From: Isurus oxyrinchus
Lineage: Eukaryota
DNA: 64,000 bases
Assembly (NCBI GenBank): GCA_026770705.1
Contig: JANJGN010000017.1
Location: 41,664,001 to 41,728,000, forward strand
Direction of reading: 5' to 3'
Below, in pieces: positions 13,684 to 24,807 of this stretch. A program made the position numbers and the translations under genes. Numbering within the stretch: position 1 is the first letter of the stretch; each line of letters opens with the position of its first letter. The notes under the pieces were generated by a model. It was not told where the DNA came from, made no database searches, and saw nothing but the letters and a program-made list of their open reading frames with translations.

Positions 13684-14511
13684 GGGTCCAGCGTTGTCCC
13701 TCACCCAGCAACTGTGAGTATCTTGTTTAAACAGAACAAAAAGAAAATATATTCACCAGGTATGCTGAAGAGTTCAAACAGAAGAAACAGAAGTGATGTT
13801 GTTTTAAGTTAAAAAAATACAGGCTCCAATCCAAATGGCAGAGAAATCTCTCAGACCACCCCCAACAATAAAAAAAAACAGGACCTGCAGAGGTAAAAAG
13901 AAAAAGAAGAGAATCTGTACTTAGATTATAAAATAGGCAGCAGCCCCGTGGGGATGAGGTGATCTGCAGAGGAGGCGTAGTAGGCTAGAGAAGCTGCAAG
14001 AAAAGAAAAATGTAAAAACAACCTGTAGTGCACAGTAAAAAAAAAACTGCAAAAGTTAAAAATAAAAAAATGCTTGCTGCAGAGTTGATAGTTGCAAGTT
14101 AGAAAAGGGCAATCAGAGCAGAAAGCAGTGCTGCAGTTTTAAATTTTTTTAAAAAGTGGCCCCGATCGGCCCTTGAGGCTGTACGGTCTCCCGAAGTGCG
14201 GAATGTCCAACATCAAAAGAACCTGCGAAGTTATTTAAAAAAATTTGCAGGATTGCCCAGAAAAGGGAGAAGAAATTGCTGCTGTGTTTTTTTTTGAACA
14301 GGAATAAAGTTTTTTCAAAGTTAAAAAGAAAGCAGCCACGTTCGCCAGTGAGCCCGCCAAAACACAAAAAGTGCAGGAAACTCAAAAGCAGCACAGAAAA
14401 GCCAACAGCTACAGAGGCAGTCCAAGTAAAAAAAAAAGGTCACTGCTCTTAAAGTGGACATGCATTTAAAATGGTAAATGCAAGATAAATGACTCTGGAC
14501 AGAAAATTAGA

Positions 14512-14780
14512 AGAGACCCCAGAGAGAGGGCAATCCTGAAGAAAGCAACAAGAAACCCGAGAGAGAGCGACTCTGTCAAGGGCAATAGGAGGCCCCAGAG
14601 GAAGAGCAACTCTGCTGAAGGGAATAAGAAACCCCAAAGGGTGCGTAACTCTCAATACCAGTCTATTGGCAACAAGAGACCCCAGAGAGAGGGCAACTTT
14701 GCCGAAGGGTACAAGAGAACCCAGAGAGACGGCAACTCCACCAAGGGCAACAAGAGACCAGGAGAGGGAGGGCAACAAGA
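14512..14780 (+). repeat. ~39-bp tandem repeat (about 6-7 degenerate units) encoding KRPQREGNxxxGN-like 13-mers
   Basis: Recurrent aagagaccccagagagagggcaac units. The ORF at 14641 reads GNKRPQREGNFAEGYKRTQRDGNSTKGNKRPGEG. Confidence 0.75.
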
Positions 14781-15989
14781 AAATAAACAGTTGAAAGGAC
14801 AGTTGATTGTCCTTCAAGATCAAATGCAAAAGGAATATGTCATCATTCAGCAACATGAAGAAATGAACACTGTCTTAAACACTAGAATGAAGCACAGCAG
14901 AAGAAACTCGAAGAGGGCTCAGGGAAAGCCCTGGTAATTGGAGAGGGCTCACTGGGAGACCTGGGAATCATGTATAGCTGGATACAACCTGGAGACAGGA
15001 GTTCAGAGAAACTCCAAGGCAGTGCCAGCTCAGTGAAGCTAGCTATCTGACAAAGAGCTAAAGAATCAGCTAAATGAAGCAAAAAAGGCTTTGAAAGGTA
15101 GTGTCATATAACTTTCAAAGATGCAAGTGGTTAGCTGGTGTAATAGTTTCTGTGACCGGACCCTTGTCATACCACACAGACGTGAAGGGCCAGATCACCT
15201 GAAAACACACGGATCATTTGAGAAGAAGGGAGATACCCCAACAAACTGATATTTGAGCTGTAAGCATTGTAGAATCCATGGTCCCTGTTGAAATTGTACA
15301 ACCAAGGATAGACATACCAGACATCTCTGTCCGAGTAGATAACACTGTGCCTAAAGAGGTATCTGATGTTGCTGCTGTTCCAGATAATGTGGATCCTGTA
15401 AGAGATTTGAGAGTCGTGGAGCTATGACATTCCATCTGGATCAGGAAACCACCTGAGAGACTGAACTTATAATTCCATGACCCGTATATATTTGTAATGT
15501 CATGAAGGTACATGTTCTTGTAAATACAAACTGTACAAAAAATTTAAAGAGGAAGGAATGTAGTAATCATAGCTTTAAGGAATGTAGTGACTGTAGCTTT
15601 AAGACTTATTGTGAGTATAGTATCACATGACAGTGTGAACAAATCAGCTCAAAGCATGGGGTTCCTTAGAGCGGCAGTTCTTCTTCTGGTTGTGGAGCTT
15701 GATGGAAGCATGTAACTGCTGCTGCAGCCTGTAAATAAAATTCAATGTTTTGAATGAGTAACCTGTCTCAAAATTCAAGTCTGTAACAGTCACTGAATTA
15801 GAGGGTGGCACTCTTCTTGGCTTTTGGGGCCATGTCTTCACTGGAGCAGACTGGAAGTGGTGAGATAATGGCGTGACAGGCAAATCAGAGGCTACCCTCC
15901 AGCGAGATGATGTGTTTCCCATGACTGCATATTTTATGAGTTGGGAAGAGGATGATACTGTGCGAAAAGCCGCCATTGCAGCCAGCAGG

Positions 15990-16912
15990 TAAAACATCAT
16001 TTTTCATGCCCACTACCGCACCTAGTGCAATTCTGGGATGATTCTGATTTTGAACCTGCTTATATCGTTGCTCTGCTGCAGTCTGAGGCTGCCGCATGGG
16101 TATCATTAGCCTCTGCGAGTAGCCCTTGTCCCCGAGGACCCAACCGTGAAGCTTCTGTGGATCCTGGAAGACTTCAGGGATCTGTGACTGACTGAGGAGG
16201 TAGGAGTCGTGCACACTCCCTGGAAACCATGTGCACATCTGCAGAATGCGTTTCTGGTAGTCGTACACCAGCTGCACATTCAGCAAATGGAAGCCCTTGT
16301 AGTTGATGTAGTTCACCTGTACTTTGCATGTTGTGACAGAGATCTGAGCGCCACAAGAATGCAGTCAATCACACCCTGCACCTTTGGGAAACCCAAGATC
16401 TGGGCGAATCCAAATGCCCTTGCATCCTGGCTGTCCTGGTCCCGGGTGAAATGGACAAAGCTGTGTGCCCTCGCAAAGATAGCATCCATGACCTCATGGA
16501 TGCATTTGTGGGTGGAGGCTTGTGGGATCCCACTGAGGTCACCTGTGGAGCCCCAAAAGGAGCCACTGGCATAGAAATTGAGCACCGCAGTCACTATCAT
16601 AGCCATTGGCAGAGGATGCCCTCCATATCCCCATGGCACCAAATCCTGCAGTAGCTGGCAGATGTGACCGACTAGCTCCCTAGACATGCGCAGTTTTTGA
16701 TGACACTGGTTCTTGGTCATCTGCAGGAATGAAATGCAGTGCCTATAGACCCTGAGTGTCACTAGGCGCCGACCAGCAATGGCTCACTGTGGCTCTTGGA
16801 TGGTGTATGCGGGAGCCCCAGCCGTCCCTTCTTCCTGAGGTTGCTGCTCCTGTCTCTGCACAGCCAGGAGCCTCAGTTGTTGTCTCCTCCACCGTCTTTG
16901 TGCTCTGTAGGC
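15990..16912 (-). pseudogene. Harbinger DDE transposase remnant
   Basis: ORFs 16313..16762 and 15885..16316 carry HARBI1-like DDE_Tnp_4 motifs. Frameshifted and C-terminally truncated. The probable N-terminus (MEPGELAV) lies beyond the CR1 at ~19772-19797. Confidence 0.85.
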
Positions 16913-19740
16913 CATTTGTGGGGTACAGGCACCAGTATTGAGGACAGTGGGATCTATGCTGTTGAGACGGTCTAAACCTGAACTTTGCTGGGGCTGGTGT
17001 CTTCGCAAACCAACCAACTAGGTGAGTAGAGAGTTTATAAGCTGAATAATTGGGCAAGGGATCAAATTTGGGAAGATGTGGTAAACCAAAGAGTGGAGAC
17101 AAGGCAGGCCAGACAGGAAAAAAAATGGGAAACGATAAACAATGTGACAGGAAGGGAGAAAGAATAAAATTCTAAGAGTAAATCAGCAGATAAGGCTAGA
17201 TACTACAAAAATAATAAAAGGACAAAACTAAAGGCTCTGTATCTAAACCCATGCAGCATTCAAAACAAAATAGATGAACTGATAGCACAAACAGCAATAA
17301 ACAAGTACGATTTGAAAGCCACTACAGAGACATGGCTACAGGATGACATAGATTGGGACCTGAATATTAAAGGGTACATGGCATTTAAGAGGGACAGGAA
17401 GTTCGGAAAAGGTGGAGGGGTGGCTCTGTTAATTAATGATAGTATTAGCACATTAGATGGCCTAAGTCCAGGAAACCAGGACGTAGAAGCGACTTTGGTT
17501 GAGATGAGGAATGACAAAAGCAAGAAGTCACTTGCAGGGGTGGTGTACAGGCCTTCTAATTGTAACTGCATAGTAGGACAGAGTATAAAAGAAGAGATAA
17601 TGGAAGCTTGTCAGAAAGGTACAGCAGTAATCATGGGAGATTTTAATCTACATATAGAATAGAAAAATCAGATTAACAAAGGTAACGTAGATAAAGAGTT
17701 CATAGAATATTTTCGGGATAGTTTCTTAGAACAGTATGTTCTGGAGCCAACCATAGAGCAAGCTGTACTAGACCTGGTATTGCACAATGAGATAGGATTA
17801 ATTGATAATCGCATAGTGAAGGCACCTCTAGATAGCACAGATCATAATATGATTGAATTTTACATTCATTTTGAGGGAGAAACAAGTGATTCGAAGACTG
17901 GTATTTTAAACTTAATTAAGGGCAATTTTGAGGGCATGTAAACAGACCTAGCTAAAGTGAACTGGCAAATAAGGTTAAGGGATATGTCAATAGAAGTTCA
18001 GTGGCAGACATTTAATGGGATATTTCAGAATACGCAAAAGATATACATTCTAATGAGAAAGAAAAATTCTAAGGGGAAGGTCCCCCATCCGTGGTTAACT
18101 AAGAAATTTAAAGAGAGTATCAAACATAAAGAAAAACCATATAATTACACAAAGGCGGATAGCAGGTCACAAGATTGGAAAGAATATAAAGAAAAGCAAA
18201 AGACAAAAAGATTAATAAGGAGGGAAAAATTAGAGTATAAGAGAAAGCTAGTTAGTAATATAAAGATGGATAGTAAGAGTTTCTATAGATATTTAAATAA
18301 GAAAAGAGTCAACAAAGTGAGCATTGGTCCTGAAGAGAGTGCGTCCTCGGGAATTGATAATAGAAAGTAGGGAAATGGCAGATGAATTAAACTGGTATTT
18401 TCCTTTGGTCTTCACTGTAGAGGACACAAGAAACATCCCAGGAATAGCTGTAAATCAGGAAATGGAAGGAATGTTGGAACTCGAGAAAATTGCAATCACC
18501 AGTGAAGTGGTATTGAGCAAATTGTTGGGGCTGCGGGCTGACAAATCCCCAGGTCCGAATGGACTTCACCGTAAGGTCCAGAAGGAAGTGGCCAGTGAGA
18601 TAGTTGATGTACTGTTTAATTTTCCAAAATTCCCTAGATTTGGGAAAGGTTCCACTAGATTGGAAAATAGCAAAGGTAACTCAAAAAGGGAAGGAGACAA
18701 AAAACAGGAAACTACAGGCCAGTTAGCCTAACATCTGACATAGGGAATATGTTAGAATTTTTTATTCAAGAAGCTGTAGCAAGACACTTAGAAAAATTCA
18801 AAGCAATCAGGCAGAGTCAACATGGTTTCATAAAAGCTGGAGTCATGTTTAACCAATTTATTGGAGTTCTTTGAAAGAGTCACATGTGCTGAGGATAAAG
18901 GGGAACCAGTGGATGAACTGTGCTTAGATTTCCAGAAGGCATTTGATAAAGTGCCACCTGAAAGGTTATTACAGAAAATAAAAGCTCATGGTGTTGGGGG
19001 TAACATATTGACATGGATAGAAGATTGGTTAGCCAACAGAAAGCAGAGAGTGGCATAAATGGGTCCTTTTCTGATTAGCAGGATGTGACGATTGGTGTGC
19101 TTCATGGATCAGTGCTGGGGCCTCAACCTTACAATTTATATTAATGGCTTGGATGAAGGGGCCAAAAGAATGGTGGCTAAATTTGCTGACAACATAATGA
19201 TAGGTAGGAAAATAATTTGTGGAGAGGATGTAAGGAGGCTACAAAGTCACATAGATAGGTTAAGTGAATGGGCAAAGACTTGGCAGATGGAGTATAATGT
19301 GGGCAAATTTGAAATCGCTCATTTTGACAGGAAGAATAAAAAGGAAGCTTATTATCTAAATGGTGAGAGATTGCAGAGCTCTGAGGTTCAGAGGGAACTG
19401 GATGTCCCAGTGCATGAATCACAAAAGGTTAGTATGCAGGTTCAGCAGGTAATTAGGAAAGCTAATAGAATGTTACCATTTATTGTGAGGGGAATTGAAT
19501 ACAAAAATGGGGAGGTTACGCTTCAGTTGTACATGGCACTGATGAGACCACACTTGGAGTACTGTGTACAGTACTGGTCTCCTTATTTAAAGAAAGATGT
19601 AAATGCATTAGAAGCAGTTCAGAGAAGGTTTACTAGACTAATACCAAGAATGGGCAGGTTGTCTTATGAGGAAAGGCTGGACGGTTTAGGCTTGTATCCA
19701 CTGGAATTTAGAAGAGTAAGAGGCGACTTAATTGAAACCT
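16912..19740 (+). mobile_element. CR1-type LINE, truncated at both ends, inserted in the Harbinger transposase
   Basis: ORF1 remnant ..HQY*G.WDL..DGLNLN. Endonuclease ETWL..GKGGGVALL..IMGDFN. RT LDFQKAFDKVP, KFAD, RPHLEYCVQYWSPY. Ends at RGDLIET with no 3' tail. Confidence 0.9.
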
Positions 19741-22700
19741 TCCTGTTCCTAACTCATATCATTGTATGTCTATACAGCCAGTTCACCAGGCTCCATGATC
19801 CTGATGTACTCCTCCTGCAGGATGAAAGAGAGAGACACTTGGTTTGCATGGGTATACTAAAAACCTGTCCTGGTTAAGTGTGAAGGCTCTTTAATGCTTC
19901 CCAGAGAGTGCTGGCCACCACTTGGATGGCCAGAGATTAGTGCGTTGCATGGCTGTCTGAAACCCCATCCACCTCCACCCCACTCCGCTCGACTGATTGG
20001 CGGCAGCTTTGCCCATTGGACTGCATGCTTTGCTCTCAGCTCAGGCACAGGCTTTCTCCTAACCTGCGCTGCAAGGCTGCATTGCTAGCTTGAATCATCG
20101 GGGAGACTGGTCCAAACCAGGATTCGGACACTGCAAGGGGCTGTGAGCATCTCCAGCAGTGGTTGTTCCACGGCCAGCTTTAGCAAGGAGATTGTACAAC
20201 ATGTGCAGTCATCCAACTGTTCTGCAGTCCACTAAAATGCTCATGAATTTGCAGTCTGTGCCAGGGTGGGGGGGAGAGGTGAAAAGCTTTGGGGCACTTG
20301 GTGGCACTTTGATGCCTCTGTGTTGCTTGAGTGGACAGATAATCTAGAAGCCCGACACCAATCATATCAATGTGGCTGCACTTGAACTGAATCAGCTTCA
20401 GAGGAATGGTCACTTTATACAGGTTTCCCTAATACGTGGCTGCTTCCCTCGCCCACCCTACCCCCCACCCTGAAAGCTTGTGCACTATATTCAATGACAG
20501 GGTTTCCCTTGTCCCCACCCCCCCAAATGCTTGTGCACTATATGCAATGGCAGGGCTGCCCTTGCCCCTCCCCCCACAAGTCACCTCAACCGAATGGCAG
20601 CCCTTGTCCCCCCCAAGTTACCTCAACGGCAGGGCTGCCTTTGATCCCTCCAACGCTCCTCAAGCTTGAAGTCCAGCAGGCGACTCTGGCAAGCACTGGA
20701 CATCTTTGCTATGTACTCAGCTTCGAGTTTCCCTCAAAGTGCAGCCCACCAAGTGGACGCCTTTTATATGCTGTTGTGAAACACGCTGGCTTGCTTTCCC
20801 GCCAATGTGGATGGACAATCCAGCGGGGTGGGGTGGCGGGGATGGGGGGGGGTGGTGGGGGTGTGGAATGATTCCGGCAGGCTGGCCTAATAATGATATG
20901 CAGATGTATTACAATGAGGTTCCCAAAATCCAATGGCGGGAAACACGGGCCGCTGTTGGCAGGCTGAGTGGATGATCGCGAACTAGTTTCACACCGTTGT
21001 GAAACCGATCATGGCATATTGCCTGCTCATGCCACCAAACACGCCCGACGCCAGCAGGCATGGAAAATCCCTGCCAAAGAATAACTCCCACCTCACAATT
21101 TTAAAACTGAAATCATGGCCCACAGAAGGTGTTCTGCTGATTCAGAACAAGTGTAGTTCATAAATGGCAGAAAGATAACTGTGGCAACATTTTGGCAGCA
21201 GTATAGTAAAATATTTTTAACAAGATCTTTTAAGATGAAATCCACTTTAAGATCACCCCTGTCAAATTGCGAGTTCAGCTCTGCTGGAGATAGCACATCC
21301 CATGTTAGGCAAATTCTACTTACTCTTTTAAAACAGTTAAACTACATTTGGATTAAATCATCCACTGGAGCCTGATACATACACAGATCTCTGCATGCGC
21401 TCCAATTAAAATTGCGCGACATGTTTCTTCCATGGTGCCTGATCACGAGCCAACAGTATGCTCAGTTTGTTTATATCTAGCTGCCACCAGAGAGGTGGAA
21501 ATTGTAAGCGGGCCACTGGAACTATTAAAGGATCATTCAGCCCTCATTAAAATCACAGCTGAGCTACAAGGCCAATTCTCATCATGTCAGATACTGTTAT
21601 GTTCTGTAGTGGAATGCTACCGGCATGAAGTAAGCAGAAGTTAGACAGGAAAGCATTTTGCACATTTAGCAATAACTATTTAGAGAAATTTATATAATGT
21701 ATGATATGCTATTAAATGACTGGACATGTTCACCCTAATTATTGCCTTATATGGAGACGGTAGGTCAATGTGCAATTGAAGTGAGCTCCTGAAGATGGCT
21801 GTAACCAAAAGAGCACTGATCAAAATCTCAAGATCTTGCAGCCCTTTTTTCTTTGAAATGTATGCCTTTCACTTTCTTTCTGCTGTGTTGGAAAGAAAGT
21901 TTCAGAGTGTAAATCGGATGTGTGGGTGGAAATGTGCCCGGTTTCATTTAATCTTTCCGAGCTAAACAACCAGCAGTGTAGGTGCTAATTAAAAATAAAA
22001 CACAATGATGGAGACTGGCAATGATTTATGTGCACTGAATGCATTTTAAAAAGGCAATCAATTTGTTGGATATCTCTAGGATCATTATGTTCTTTGCAGC
22101 TTATTCAATAAGGTTGGCTCTTCTTGCAGAATAATTAATTCATTGAATTGTTAATCTATTTTTCAAATAGATATTTTGCGCAACCAATTTAAATGAACAA
22201 TCCTTTCTTCCCTCATTCCCATATGGGCATAAAGAAGGGATGAGAATGTTACCAGGGTATAATTGTGGGCCAACTCAATCTTGATCAGTTCACTTAGGCT
22301 GAACCAGTAGTGGGTCAGCACGGTTGAAACCTGTAGATTGCAGGTGACTCTGGTGGGGAAGGCCAGTCTCACATCTGATGAAATGGTTATTTGACATGTA
22401 CATTCTCAAATCTGCTTTAAGAGGAACAGCCTTGGTTATATTTAGCCACTGTGTATATTTGACTGCCTGTTGGATCGGAAAATATTATTAAAGCCTGTTT
22501 ACAGGTGCAAAACTAAATTTACTACTGTGACACCTATAACTTAAGTGTGTTAACTTTGCAACTGAGGTTGGAAAGGAATTGAAAGCAACTTATGGAAAAA
22601 TGTAGGTGAAAGGAGTTCCAGACTGCAAACCGCATAAATCTGGACAGCAGGTGGAGATCTGTAACAATTACTCTCATTTTTGGACTCTCTGCTTTTCTGA

Positions 22701-23129
22701 AGTTCTGGTTTTCTTACATTCGGCTAGCAGAAAGTGATAGTTTGACCAGTGGACCGCCCTGCAGAGACTTTTAGTTCAGTGTTGTTACATTTGAAGTGAT
22801 ACTTGACAACCTTTTTGGAGCAGAATTGGTTTTGCTGTCTCCCTTCAGAAACAAACCTGGAATGCTTGTCCAATCTAATGAGACACCTGAACCTAGCAGT
22901 GCCATCTTGTTCTTGATGGCCCTTGGAGTTGGCATTGCTTCCTCCTCTTGCTCTGTTGGCCATGCTATACACCTAATTTTCTCAAGGTTACATGGTGCAA
23001 GTCAAGATATTCACTTCCTTTTCTGCATTTCCCTCCCTGTATGGAAATGAGCTTTCCATGACATGCATCAGAAGCTCACACACTTGGATAAATACCTGGA
23101 TTAGCAAGCAGATGAGCTGGAATCCATGA

Positions 23130-24805
23130 TCTGTCCTTTAGCATCTAAAATGGTAGCTGCTGAGATAGTGAATACACTAGTTGTGATTCTCCCAAATTCC
23201 CTAGGTTCTAGAATGGTTCCAGCAGATTAGAAGTTCGCAAATGTAACATCGCTATTCAAAGGTGGAAAAAAAAAGGGTACCACAGGCCTATTAGCCTGAC
23301 ATCAGTCATTGGGAAAAAGCTGGAATCTATTATTAAGGAAGTCTCAACAACTTGGAATATCACTTATGATCAGACAAAGTCAGCATGGTTTTATGAAAGG
23401 GAAAACCTGTTTAACAAATTTATTTGAGGTTTTTGAGAATTTAACTGGTAGAATAGACAAAAGGAATCAGTACAAAAACAGAAACAGAAATACCTGGAAA
23501 AACTCAGCAGGTCTGCCAGCATCAGTGGAGGAGAGCACAGTTGATGTTTCGAGTCCTCATGACCCTTCAGCAGAACTATTCTGTCTGGATGGACAATCCA
23601 GCGGGGTGGGGGGGTGGGGGTAGAATGATTCCGGCAGGCTGGCCTAATAATGATATGCAGGTGTATTACAATGAGGTTCCCAACATCCAATGGCGGGAAA
23701 CGCGGGCCGCTGTTGGCAGGCTGAGTGGACGATTGCGAACTAGTTTCATACCGTTGCGAAACCGATCATGCCATATTGCCTGCTCATGCCACCAGACACG
23801 CCCGACGCTGTCAGGCATGGAAAATCCCTGCCAAAGAATAACTCCCACTTCACAATTTTAAAACTGAGATCATGGCCCACAGAAGGTGTTCTGCTGATTC
23901 AGAACAAGTGTAGTTCATAAATGGCAGAAAGATAACTGTGGCAACATTTTGGCAGTAGTATAGTAAAATATTTTTAACAAGATCTTTTAAGATGAAATCC
24001 ACTTTAAGATCACCTCTGTCAAATTGCGAGTTCAGCTCTGCTGGAGATAGCACATCCCATGTTAGGCAAATTCTACTTACTCAGAACAGAACTGTTCTGT
24101 TCAAGGGTCATGAGGACTCGAAGCGTCAACTGTGCTCTCCTCCGCTGATGCTGCCAGACCTGCTGAGTTTTTCCAGGTATTTCTGTTTCTGTTTTTGTTT
24201 TGGATTTCCAGCATCCACAGTTTTTTGCTTTTATAAAAGGAATCAGTAAATGTAGTATACTTTGATTTCCAAAAGGTATTCAGTAAGATGCCACAGAAAA
24301 GATTAATGTGCAGTTTAAGGGCTCATGGAGTTGGGGGTAATATATTAGCATGGATAGAGAATTGGTTAACTGACAGGAAGCAGAGAGTAGGGATAAACAG
24401 GTCATTTCAAGTTGGCAGGGTGTGATTAGTGGTGTGCTGCAAGGACTGCAAGACCTCAGCTATTTAAAATCTATATTAATGACTTAGACAGAGAGTAATA
24501 TATCTAAGTTTGCTGATGATACAAAGCTTGGTGGGAATGTAAGGACAAAAAGTGGGACTTGGGTGTACTTGTAGCAGGAACACAGGAAGTTAGCATGTAA
24601 GTATGAGAGCATTCCTGGTGTATGGTGCACAGTTTTCATTTCCATACTTAAGAAAGGATTTCCTTGCATTGGAGGAGGTAGACTGAAGGTTCACTAGATT
24701 GGTTTCTGGGAGTGTTGTCTTAAGGTGAGTGACTGGGTAAACTGGTCTTATAGTCTGGAGTTTTAGAATGAGAAGTATCTCATTGAAATATTTAAAATGT
24801 TGAAA
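23130..24805 (+). mobile_element. Decayed CR1 RT fragment, interrupted by the composite PLE insertion
   Basis: IRQSQHGFMKGKTCLTNL.E.FE before 23459 continues as ..DFQKVF.KMP..KFADDTK after 24248. Confidence 0.8.
23473..24234. mobile_element. Composite insertion: inverted PLE arms (23473-23585, 24083-24234) enclosing a copy (23586-24082) of 20808-21325
   Basis: Exact 14-bp TSD aaaaggaatcagta (23459-23472 / 24235-24248). The arms are reverse complements, and the right arm has the extra tail. The interior is ~96% identical to 20808-21325 by manual count, apart from a shorter G-run. Confidence 0.9.
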
Positions 24806-24807
24806 GG

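Larger units (their letters stand above)
13431..15788 (+). mobile_element. Non-autonomous Gypsy-type LTR retrotransposon (LTRs 13431-13661 and 15559-15788)
   Basis: Two ~230-bp TG..CA direct repeats. 5-bp TSD gtcac (13426-13430 / 15789-15793). PBS at 13665. PPT aaagaggaaggaa (15546-15558). No RT or integrase core visible. Confidence 0.92.
13027..21075 (-). mobile_element. PIF/Harbinger transposon (transposase + Myb/SANT-like gene), decayed, interrupted by an LTR element (13431-15788) and a CR1 (~16912-19740)
   Basis: HARBI1-type transposase motifs (FYASGSF, GFPKVQGVIDC, YINYKGFHLLNVQLV, PGSVHDS, WVLGDKGY). Myb-like exon MAPKAKK..FSD|LSLEYLL..WEAVAAVVSAN..RSAIQCRNRMNDL followed by a GTAAGT donor. 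Terminus ggcagggattttccatgcctgc at ~21075 is shared with 49288 and 50327. Confidence 0.85.

Noticed and set aside
14512-14780. CRISPR-like array
   Set aside because: Degenerate head-to-tail repeats without unique spacers, in a vertebrate context with no cas genes.
15885-16762. Host HARBI1 gene
   Set aside because: Frameshifted, truncated and accompanied by a Myb partner and TIR-like end, so it is a transposon copy rather than the domesticated gene.
22796-23050. 84-aa ORF with an acceptor-like tgtctcccttcag
   Set aside because: No recognisable homology and it does not fit the CPXM2 sequence.
23586-24082. Assembly artefact or ordinary segmental duplication of 20808-21325
   Set aside because: The copies differ at ~17 positions plus an indel, and the copy is precisely enclosed by inverted arms and an exact 14-bp TSD.
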